DNA of 56,443 nt, counting the filler, from Sphacelaria rigidula (taxonomy: Eukaryota): the NCBI GenBank assembly GCA_964200075.2. It is 5 parts of 5 records of this genome, joined end to end, with 100 filler letters (N's around TTAATTAATTAA, not from the genome) between each part and the next. Parts side by side here need not be neighbours in the genome. Positions count along the whole stretch, not along the records: positions 33,929 to 45,136 come from CAXNAA020005238.1; positions 45,237 to 56,443 come from CAXNAA020005239.1; 3 more parts are not named here. One strand, written 5' to 3'. Under the pieces are notes generated by a model, which was not told the origin of the DNA, made no database searches, and worked only from the letters and a program-made list of their open reading frames with translations. Both the position numbers and the translations under genes were made by a program. Positions 38,251-49,710 of the stretch are shown here, piece by piece (positions within the stretch are counted from its first letter, which is position 1; each line of letters opens with the position of its first letter).

Positions 38251-40527
38251 GGATTGCCCTTCGAAATTTTCTGCTGAAAATCGCGAGGGCATGAAAAATA
38301 TATCTGCCGAGTGTTGATGTCTTTTCAGGAGTTGAGGACGTTTCAGTGTAACAACGACCTTTTCACGGCACGTCCTCAGGTCATTAAAACAAAGCTTAAC
38401 GTTCCGAACGCATTCTTTTTGTCACGCCCTTGCTGCATTCCGCACAAATTGCCAAAGTTGCAGCTTTGCAAACTGAGCTGCTACATCCAGATATACTGTG
38501 CTATGGGTCAAGGGCAAAAACCAGAATCCACGTTTCACACTTACGCCCGTCACATCATGAAGAAGAAAAGAAGTACTAATCCGTCGAATGCACCATTATT
38601 ATCCAGCCTTTTCGATACTCCGTGCCAAATTTTATAGCACAACTTTCAAATTGGAGTCGGGAAATCAAAGTTATGTGCATTTCGTGCCGCTCCTAGTAAT
38701 ATGTTGAGTTCAGAACTGAATTTGATGTGCGTCGTATCTCGAGATAGATGAAAAATTAGGTAAGGATACGGACATCGACCTTTCCCCCGTTCACCAAGAA
38801 CTGCCCACACCACAAATCAGCACCATCCCCTATTTACACCGCTCGGGAATTCGTATAGACTTCCGTATGGAGTTCCTCCGTACGTCACGGGACTGGCTCG
38901 ACACGGCGTTGAACAAACTACAAATCGTTTCCAGGGTTTTGAGCAGATAAGTATCTTCCCCTTCATTCGGCGACAAATAACTCGTGTGAATCACAGCCCA
39001 ATTTGTCTGCGTCGATGAGATATGGCTGGGAAAGATTGAGTCCCTTTCAGGGCTGACCCGACTCGTTCACATGTGATATACAAAAACGTCACATGATATC
39101 TCTGTTTAGTGTACGGTTTAATGCCAGCCAACCCCGAGATAATCTCCATTCAAAAAATGAACAACTACCATTTGGAGAACGGGATAGGCGAGCATTCCGG
39201 GGAATATATCGTCCAAAACGAAAATCAGACGAGGTTTTCGATCATGTGAACGAGCAACCTGACTAGGGTACGGCATCGTTGTTGCACGAGATCTCTTTCG
39301 CGCACGACTGTATGAGGCGGCAACATCTTTCATATCAGACCATGAGGTCAGAGTATATCCTGAAGTGACGAGCCTAGTGAGTCACGGACATGAGGTACCC
39401 ATTTGCACATATTCGGTGATGCGTAGTATCCTGTTGCAGGCAAATTACCAAAGGAGCGCCGCCGCTGGATAATTTCCCGAGAACTATGCCGTTTTTCCTC
39501 ACGAGGATGCGATTCGCGTGGAAGATGACCACGAACACCGACGGCACGTTCGTGCGGCGACATCGTCCCGATGTACTGGCATGTTGGGGTCAAAAGGGAC
39601 CCCTTCACAGACTGAATGCCAACGGCTATGAGTACTATTCTGATTATTTCCCCCTGGAAAGGGCATGCTGTGTTGATTTGAGTGATCAATTGATGGTCGC
39701 GCGTTAACTGACCCCCCAGGGGTCCAGCCGTGGTCGCATGATAGACGTGCTCAAGAAAAGCAAAACTGAAGCACTCGCTGAAGAAAGGAAGGAAAAGGAA
39801 GAAGTCGAACACAACGACATAGTAGATGAAGGCGTAAAAAAAAAAAAAAAGAAAAAAAAAAAAGTCAAAAAAAAAAAAACACAGAAAGAAATGGCCGACT
39901 TAAAACAAAAAAAAAAAGGAAAGAAAAGAGCAAAAACAAACGGAATGAGAAAAAAAAGGAAAAAGCTCAAGGGATTCAGGCCTTATAAAGCCGTCAAGCT
40001 TAAAGCCGTCGCATTTTGCGAGAATAAGATCGAGGTGTACATATTAATGCGCGCGCATTCTTGGGGGTATGTTCACAGGGCTTCCTCTCTCGCCGTGACC
40101 TGGTCGGGAAACTTCCCATGTGTGCTCATTGTGGAAAAGTTAATAGGGCAAGTACTTAAGTCATTGTTTGTGGTGGAAAAATGAGGAGGGCGAGTACTCG
40201 AGTCATTGCTCGTTGTGAAGAAATGAAGAGGGCGAGTACTCGAGTCATACTCGTTGTGTTGTCGAAAAAACATCAACGAGTGCACTCGTTTCGACGAGTT
40301 ATGACTCGTCCGGCGTGTGAAATATTGACTAATATGTTCGAGGCGATATTTTCGACTGAAAATATAAACATGTGTGGGCCTACCAGCCCATAAAACTAGA
40401 TGTTCGCTAGTCAATTCTTTCAACACCCGACTCCCTTGTTAGGCGCTCGACATAACAGGTTCTTGGAGTAGGGTGGGGGTGTACTCATGATCACGTATGC
40501 CATAGTCATAAGACCATTGAGTAGGGT

Positions 40528-40561
<34 letters not shown>

Positions 40562-40642
40562 TTTGGGGGAAAAAAAATTCGGCATGGGAAACCGTTTACT
40601 TTTTTTTGCGCGCATCAGTGTTNNNNNNNNNNAGGATGATGG

Positions 40643-40699
<57 letters not shown>

Positions 40700-43631
40700 G
40701 GGGTAGCTTTCTGTGGAAAGACAACTTCGGCATGGAATACCGTTTACATTTTTTCGCGCGTCATCGTGCTTCGTACATGAACCACAACCGGTACGAGCTG
40801 GGCCAGCCAAAAGACCCTATCGGCGGTTGACCAGTTCACGCGTAGCTTAATTTTAGGAATTCGAAGCTTCAAGCTCGACACGGGACTTCGATTAACAACG
40901 CACAGAACGTTACGAAGAAGAACCAAATGAGGTACGAGCGATTGAAAACATTCAGCAAAAACATATATATATGGTACCATAACTTCATGAAGAAACAACA
41001 ACTGTTGTTGCTTCTTTGTCATTTTTCTGCTCGCGTACGGAAACGTCTTCCACAAATTCGACTCACACCTCCCAAGATTGAGCTGTGCATGCAGCTTTGT
41101 ATGCAACACCGTTGCGCCCCGGTTATCTTACTGAAACAGGAGACTCCACGTATAGAGGTGATAACTTCGAAGTCCGACATGACCTCTTCTTCAGCAGAAT
41201 CTGGTTCCGTAGTTGGGACCATATATGCAGTGTATATCTATCTTCTTTGAGCGGCAAGGCATGTGCCAGCGGGTTGGTGTGCATGTAGTTCACAGCAATA
41301 TACCTACATCAGGCTCATTGGGGACACTGAAAACGTCATTGTGTACTCGGGGTATGAACGTCTGGGGGCTGGCCCAGCCCGTAGCATATGGCGGTCTCAG
41401 TACCGCAAAACACCAGGGTCGACCTCGCCAGCAGTAGACAAGTTCATGGATGTCCCAAGATGCCCTTACACACACCAGACAACATGATGCACGAACACCA
41501 ACATATACGCGCTTCCTTCGTCCTCGATCATGACAAAAATGCTTGAATGTCTCTTTTGGGATAATTCTAAAGAGCGCCCACGTCTTCTCTGGTTGTCTGA
41601 TGTATAGCTGGTGAGTTGATTGACACAGTTTCTTTTCTTGTACGACTTGCCGACTTGCTCACCAGAGGCCACGTGGCAGCGGCCCGTTCGGTTTTGTTGG
41701 GAACCTCAGCCTGGCTTCTATAATTTTTCGTGCTTTTCGTTTTTTCTCTTCAATTAGCTATCCTTGTTTCTTTTGCTCTCAAGGTTTTTCCGTCCCTCAT
41801 CTCATTTCCCTTTACTTTACACAGGGGTAAAATGGTGTTTCCGTTCCTTTATCTTGGACGGGTTTATGTTGTGACCACGTCTGGGCATCTCACCTCTCAA
41901 TATTCCATAGTCAGTCGATGTCATGTCGAGTAGTCACGTGAATGCAGTTCTATCGACGTTGGTCATTGTTAGTTGGTGGTTTTGTCTCGTGATGGTTTCC
42001 CCGTCTTGGTGGTCAAACTGGTGGGTCATGCTCCAGTTTCGGCGGAGGGGAGGAATGAGGCCGAATCTCGACAGTAACGTGTTGTTCATCGTACTGGTTT
42101 CTTTCGTTGCAACTGTGAGAGCGTGGATGATGAAAACACGTGCGAGGCGTGGGCTTCGAAAGTGCTCACCTAAGGTTCGGAAGGAACGTGCCGGGGAAAG
42201 GCCGGTCGATCCCCAGAAACTACCGATTCCTCCTGAACAAAGGGAGGGAGGGAATCGTAAGTCGGCAGTATACCGAGAAAACCCAAGAAGAGTACTAACA
42301 ATGCTGAACTTGTCTTGATGAACTTATCTTGATCGATGAATGTATCGTTCGGCTGATGACCGTAATGTGTTATTAAGTTTCCCTTTTGGGAAAATCTACG
42401 ATACAAGGCATGAACGCGATATAGCTAAATCAGCCGAAACAAAAATAGAATGGAAATCCTTCGAGACAAACGTGTTGAGTACGGATATGTCGTTTCGGTT
42501 AATATTTGAACATGCGATTCGATAAACTGACGGCTTGTACAGATCTTCAGCGGTTTTTGATGTTGAGGTCTTAGGGATTTGATCTTTTGTTTCGGGGATA
42601 TGCAGGGAAAAGGTATCAAAATATCTACCATTAGTAGGTGTTTTGTTTCGATGTAGCTGTCTTGTATCCAGTTATTGTGTCCTGGGGAACTAGGAAGCGA
42701 TCCATGAGAACTGGACAATTTTCCTATTGATCGGGTGTTTGATTGGTGAAGGCAATTGCGCCCGCACCGCGGTGGTTGAAGTGGTACATGCAGGTCCTCT
42801 GGTTCAGGGTGAAGGGGGAACTGATCAAATCGGGGTGCCTACATATAGATGCAGCCATCTTCCGACGAGTATCTGATACCAGTTGTTGCAAGCGCGAGCA
42901 TATGAGTAGCGGAGAATTGTTGACGAATTGTGACGCGGTGCAGGAGTGTTGATCCAGTCCGCGATGCCGAGATATTGACCATGTACCGAGAGAGACGGGT
43001 TAAATATCCTACTGACCTGTCCCGAGGATCGGGAACGGTTGCAAGTATGACATGAAAACGTATGCATATCTGTGGTATGACTCTAGTAGCATTACGGCCC
43101 ATAAACGTTTGGGTCATTTTATATCTTCACAAAAATACAGTGGGAGCATTTGTCGCCGCTCATGTAAAACACCGGTGCTTGGCATCATGCTCATGAAATA
43201 GGTGCCCTGCCCTCACTACATAGCATAGCATATGCACTGCACACCATGCCCGCTCTTCAGTGAGGGGGAATCACTCTAACATCTACGACGTTTCCTCCTG
43301 TCATGCTGCTGTATGCTTGCGGTAACTTGAGTGTGTGGTATACAGTAGTTGGTGCAGAAACACATCCCACATTAAACATCTCGGTCCTGTTGCCCCCAAC
43401 GAGGGTATTTAATGCGATCTGGGTCAGTTGCTTCGTGGCGACCAATCACACTCAAATCTTCGTATCACTATACAACTCGCTGTTACTGCCTTTTGTGGAT
43501 GACGTGTGCCATACTTAATGGACACTTCGTCTTCTTTACGTTCGAACCGTAGTGTCGTTGGCACTGCTCATCGGGGACCATACCCAATTTCGTTGCATTC
43601 TACCCTTTGCATGATCTCCTCCCCTGGTCAG

Positions 43632-43703
43632 GCTCCATCCCGCCCGAGCTGGGCCACCTCAGTCGTCTTCGGTATTTGTGCCTGAGCGGTAACTGCCTAA
43701 CTG
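43632..43703 (+). CDS. 72-bp leucine-rich-repeat exon (ROCO/LRR-GTPase-type)
   Basis: CAG|GC TCC ATC CCG CCC GAG CTG GGC CAC CTC...CTA ACT G|GTGAGT translates to (G)SIPPELGHLSRLRYLCLSGNCLT(G); phase 1/1. Confidence 0.9.
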
Positions 43704-45477
43704 GTGAGTCAATGGTGTTGAAATCCCACGACAGAGGCCGTAGTACGTTGTGGATAGTGCAGGATATGCACCATGTCGGGAGGTACGTCCACGATCGTCG
43801 TATGACATGTTGGCAACGTTCCGCTGTCTTGTCGTTCCACGCGCGCCCAATGCAAGTACACATGTATAGGTGCAGCAAAATGAGGTAAATCGTCCACGTC
43901 TCGTGCCGTACGCGTGACGCTTGCTCAGGTACACCGAATACAACAGCGAAGTTCACCTTCCTTTCGTGTGTAATTCCTACATCTATGTCCGTGCGGCATA
44001 CGTTGTATGCGGCCGTTCTATTCTGGTCCAAGCATAGTGCGCCATAATCGAATGCAAAAATCTTTGGGCATATCGCCACGTTGGCGATAACAAACTTCTA
44101 CTGTACCTGCCGTAAATATAAGCACGTTTCAGCGCCATATAAGCCCTTCTGTAGTACGTTCTGTGGGATGACATTGTCCTGCACTTCTGCATTCTGGAAC
44201 ACCTGTTCCGTTCTTTACTGCAGGCTCCCAGAAGATTCTCACTAAGTCACCGTACGATGTCTTGGTTGCGGGTGAGTGGGGAAGTTTTGTATGCGTTTGT
44301 ATGCTAGGACATGACCAGCATGCAAAAGCGCAAACGGGTGATGCAAAGGAGGCGCACTCATCTAACCCATGACCACTGTCGGAGAACTTGGCCCTTTCTT
44401 GCAAGGAACTCCCGGCTCTTGGTTCCACATTCTGTTGCATGATGCTTTCACCCACTCCTGCGCAATGTAGCCTATTTTAAAGCAAGCATACTGCCATCCT
44501 CAGGTTCCCAGCCACCACCACTGCTCTGTGATGTGGATTCTTCATAAATCGAATTTTCATTTTCTACTGCGGTGCTGTGCTCTCAGCCTGCACACGCATC
44601 TGGTGGTCGGCAGCAAATCTGCAGGATTAGATCGATAAGAGTATCCTGTTGTTTTCTCACCTCCGTTCATTCATTTGATCGTCAATTGTTTCACCCCGTT
44701 GTGCGTGTGCATCTTCGTGTGCATGCATATTCTCTACGTAAAAACTCCGGAGAGTATCACCTACGATTCTAAAGCCATTGATTGCAACGTGTGCAGTACC
44801 TCCGAACATCATGCGTTCGTGTGTTTCTTCGTCCAGTGCTTCGACATTAACCTCAAGTACTCATTGCCCTGAACTAGACTCCAGTAGTCGACACACACAA
44901 CTCGTACAGAAAATGGAGTTGATGCGGGTAGTACACGCCGAACTAGGAAGGAGTAGTGGGTTTCGATCTCCCTCCCAGCCCTAACCTCCGTTGCTCCGTC
45001 TCGGAAGGGACGCGTGTTCAATGGTTACACGACTGAGGAACGCAACAAATGAGTACCCCCCTCCCCCGGCGCCGGCATGCTGGGCATGACTGTAGTTGGG
45101 GACGGAGGGGTGGTCCGTCAAGAAAGGGACGCGTGGNNNNNNNNNNNNNNNNNNNNNNNNNNNNNNNNNNNNNNNNNNNNTTAATTAATTAANNNNNNNN
45201 NNNNNNNNNNNNNNNNNNNNNNNNNNNNNNNNNNNNGTCTCCATTCTGGGACCCCAAAAAAACGGCACTACGGTCTTTTTTTTTTTCACTTTTTCGCGAA
45301 CTACCTGCCTCCGCATAACCCAGAGATGGGCTTCACAAATTCTCGTCGCAAAACTCGATCAACTGATGCTTGAATTTCCATCTTCACGTCAAAGAAGGCA
45401 TAAAAACGCCGTTTTGATACTAAAATCAAGTACTTTGCGGTTTCACTGCGGTACGGCAAAGTTCATCGCACAAAAGC

Positions 45478-45760
45478 GAAAAACCTCACGCCATTTTAAG
45501 GAGTTAGACCCTGAAATTTTGCACAACTGTGCTTTGGGACATTACGCAACTGTGGATTATCGAGCTTTTTTTTCTTTTTGTTGCCGTTTTACGGGTGTCC
45601 GATTGGGTCGAGGCTTGCCCCAAAAACTGGGACCCCCGAAAAACGGTGAAAAAAGTCAAAGAGTAAAAAAAACTTCGACCTTCGAAAGTTGCGTAATTAC
45701 CCATGGAACATTCCTGCAAAATTTTAGGGTTCAACTCCTTAAAACGGCGTGAGGTTTTTC
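45478..45760. repeat. Inverted repeat (~74-bp arms, ~135-bp spacer), MITE/fold-back-like
   Basis: GAAAAACCTCACGCCATTTTAAGGAGTTAGACCCTGAAATTTTGCA...ATTACGCAACT (45478-45551) is the imperfect reverse complement of AGTTGCGTAAT...TGCAAAATTTTAGGGTTCAACTCCTTAAAACGGCGTGAGGTTTTTC (45687-45760). Confidence 0.8.
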
Positions 45761-47692
45761 CGATGAGTGTTTTTTGGGTGATAAGCGTGAACCAGCCTGT
45801 ACCGTAATACTACACAACCTCATATGATATGCGGCGTAATCAGGGCGTAACCGCATCTCATGTTTCTTTGAGTACTTTCCTCAGGCAAACCACCGGTTTT
45901 CAGGGCAACTTGAGTTGCGGATTTCTCGCCTGTGACTGCGTGTTCTATCATGGAATTTTACGGAGTAGTTGGTCACAACACAGGCAGCATATCCCCGAAG
46001 CATCCACGCGATTGAGCCTGGGAACACCGTACAACATGGCCCGAGTCCATTGTGGGGAATGTCATCCATGCGCTCTCAAATCAGCCATGCAGCTGCCCAG
46101 ACTTCGCGCAATACAGGTGAAAGTATATGTGCACGCGCAGAAGCACAAACTTGGGCATTTAGCGCGGCTGGGCGGCCGATGTGGTAAAAAATTGACACCA
46201 GTCTGTACTGCAATCCTCTCTGGATCATGACCATCTGCAGTGTACCTATCGGCACACAGTCTGTAGAGCTGCGCATTTCATGACGCACGACCCTACGCGC
46301 GCTTTAGCCGCTGCGAGGCGCTGAAACTTTGCACATGTGTTGTACGAACCACAGTCAACAGTTCCACGTCGCTATATCTGGTATTGTGTGATGCAGCAGT
46401 GCGCACTGGAGGGAAAAGTGGTCAGATTCTGTTCCGATTTCTTCTTCTTCTTTTTTCTTTTGGCGCAACACTGTTTAACGCGCGATGTGTATGATGTACA
46501 TGTATCATTTCACATGTTCACCGCTTTTGCCGACTTTTCTCTGGCGGCAAGGCATTTTTTCCCACACGTCCTGTTGCAGCGCGCCGAGAAGGCTCAGCGG
46601 TACATTACCGTTCAGGTTAGGGCGCCATCTGATACCTGTGGCGCGTGTTTTGGCCACCGGAAGTCGCTCAAACTGGCCCTTTTCCGCGGGATGTCGATCC
46701 CGAACCACAAAAGCCTCTTCAAGATCGTGGAAAACTTGACAAAATACATTTTCGACTTGCGTCACCCCCGGGAGGCCCGTACCAACCTTCCGAAGGGGAA
46801 CCTTACTATATAGAATTTGCCCAACCTTTCGAAGCGTGTGACTACCGTGGCGGGAAGAAGAAAACGGTACAAGATCCCATTGTGTGATTAATTATCTCGA
46901 CTGTAAAAAACTAAACTCATGATTGTTCGAGAGATACAACCGAAACCTTACATCGTCACGTGAGCAGGCATACAGAGCGATCTCGGTCTAATATCTGCAC
47001 ACATCGCCACGCGGGCTTGAACATTTTGGGTTTGGGCCTGAAATGTTCACGCGTGTTCAACAAAAACTAAAGGACACATGATGATTGATCCCAGACTAAA
47101 GAACGCGGATAGGTGGAAATGTGGCGGTGAGTACCTTGTACATACCAGGTTCAAATTTCAGGTCCTGATTCACGACGCTCGAGTCACGAGTGGCGATTTT
47201 GGCGAACCATCCGGCTTCTGGCCGTCTCAGCTTGTATGAAAATGCCGGACAGGAGAACTACTGTCAATCTACTGCAGCCTACACCACGTTTAACCCTTGA
47301 ATAGCGAGAGTAGGTCACATGTTGCATGGGCATCAATTTCACCTGAAAAAAGAGTGCATGATCCAGATGGACTACCCTCGCAGTCCAAGGGTTGAGCAAA
47401 TGACATGGGCACTCATCCGGACTTCAACACTTCTGAGGGAGCGTGCATTACCACCGCGCCCCGGCGATGTAACGGATACAACTGAAACATTTGAGGGTGA
47501 AAGACGGCGGGTTCGGATCCGGGAAGATGAGGATATCTCTCTGACAACCATCTGATGGCGGTCGTCGAAAGGCGAGGACATGAGTAGCAAGTCAAAAGCA
47601 CTTGCCAAAACTCAACGCGGTGCGGAAGTGCTGATCCAATCCGCGATACAAAAATGTAGGGCATCCACACGGGCACCAGTGATGCAATAAAC

Positions 47693-48210
47693 GGGGGGGG
47701 GGGGGATACGCATGATCTTGCACGCCGTAGTCATATGACCATTGACCTCGCATACCTACAACGCCGGGACAGAGCACGCCGGCTTTTCGCCGGACCAGGC
47801 TTGCAATCAATCACCAAGCGCGAAGCGCCGTGATATATTCGGTGAGTCGCATGAAGCGGGTATGTTCGGTGCCCAGATTCTGCAAACACGTCTGGGTGTC
47901 ATCATGCTTTCAACAAAAATATACTGCTGAAGCCGCCTCATAGACTTTGGTGCCGCTCGAAAAACTGCCCGTGTCTTAATGCCCCTCTCATGTGCCAGGA
48001 CCATCTCTCCAAACATGGGCGTGACTGGCATAAATTTTTCGTCTGGCATATGCCTTGAAAGGTCGTTTGGGGTGTACTCATGATCATGCATGCCATTGTC
48101 ATAAGACCATTGACCTCGCATCCCTACAATGCCGGGACGGAGCACGCCGGGTTTTTCGCCGGACCAGGCTTGCACTCAAACTACCAAGCGCGAAGCGACG
48201 TGGTGTGTTC
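47693..48210 (-). repeat. Two terminal fragments of the G-rich-terminus family (about 47693-47845 and 48068-48210)
   Basis: G-run-(T)GTACTCATGATC...GACCATTGACCTCGCA...GAGCACGCCGG...CGCCGGACCAGGCTTGCA is the reverse complement of 9645-9790. Confidence 0.8.
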
Positions 48211-49710
48211 ATGAACTACGCCTTGTACACGACGCTGACTAGCTGCACTGCGCACGAACAGCCTTTACATACCTTTGGGTTTACTGTCCATACGAACGAG
48301 AGCACAGTAATCCGAGTAATTCAATAGAACCAACCTCACCACCACACATCACAGAGCAGTGCTGTTGATCTTGCCTAGATTGTACGTACCCTACCAGCCC
48401 ACAATGAGTACCGCCGCCGACGTCTCCCGACGACTGTGCCCAAGTTAGACTTGCTATATTAGTTCAGCATGCCAGATACGAAAGCACAAAAGGATCCTCG
48501 TCATCGCTGACTCTTGCAGGATGTCAGCAAAGCTTCAAACCTCGCCACAGGGTCTTTACCTCACGCATCGACCTACCAACATCGCCTACATCAGAGTTCT
48601 CGCTCGCGGCAGTGTGTCAGCGTGTGGTGCTGTACTGGAAAATGCACCTGGCGGCGACGACAGTTTCTTGTTTCTATGCAGTTACGAAGTGAGGAGTAGG
48701 CACCGCATGTAGAGGGTCAACGCGAACCTGGCAGTCTCAGCATATATGTATATATACAACATATCTGAGGTTTGTATTCCAGGCGAAATCCAACATACTC
48801 AGCGACCGGCGGTGTTTATTGTGCTGCAACAGGGTTCAAGGATAGGGAGAAAATCGGGGCAACATGTTAAACAACGCGGCGTAGATGATTGCTGCTTTCG
48901 CACCGAGTCACACGAGCATTTACATGTCTCAGCCCCAAACCGCAGGCAACTGAGCTCAGTAAACATCCCGAAGTGATAATCAGAAACAGTGCTTGTTGCC
49001 AAAAGCGTCGTGCAGCGGAAGATATGGATGCTGATGATGGAGGTTTCGAACCATGTTTCGTGGTTGAAAGAACATCAGATTCCTCAAGCTTCTGCAAAAA
49101 ATCAGGGCATACACGGGAGATAAGACCCGGGAGTGATGATTCCCTACAAATTACTTGCTCAAATCCCAAACGCTTGCATGTGAACCCTGTTCAAGCGTCA
49201 AGGGAGGACGGCGAAAGTTTGTCTTCTGCCGTGTACCGGCACGCTCGCGCATGTACGTACGCTCACGGGAGTAGCTGGTACGATCAACGCTGCTCTTATA
49301 CTGTACCAAGACAGCTCGGTGCTGGCCGCGACTAATGCGCAAATCAATGTAAGGCGCAGCAGGTGCCGCCGCGCCCCGACGGTTGAAACTAGAATAGTTA
49401 AAATCCGCTAAAACCGAAAAAGGTGGTCATGATACCATCTGCGATCCCGACATGCACGGCGTGTACCGAGGGAGAGATGGCTCCATCTCTTGAGACTACA
49501 AATCCGTCCCGAGGAACAGGAGGAGGGTGGGGTGCACATTGAATGTATACCAGGAAAACAATCGTCATACAGGTATGCTTTCTCCATTTCGGGGTAAAAA
49601 ATAGCATCCAGCGACAGCGTGATATCGCCTACCCGTCACGAGAGACGGTGATTCGAAACATGGTTGTTGTGGCCACTCGTGCCATCTCTTAACCTCAACA
49701 CGGGCCACAC

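Noticed and set aside
39738-40184. Lys-rich 148-aa ORF
   Set aside because: It derives from A-rich low-complexity, possibly low-quality sequence, with no domain or splice support.
40526-40702. Long poly-G tracts (G-quadruplex candidate, poly-Gly/Pro ORFs)
   Set aside because: They flank an internal N gap and are likely homopolymer or sequencing artefacts extending a repeat terminus.
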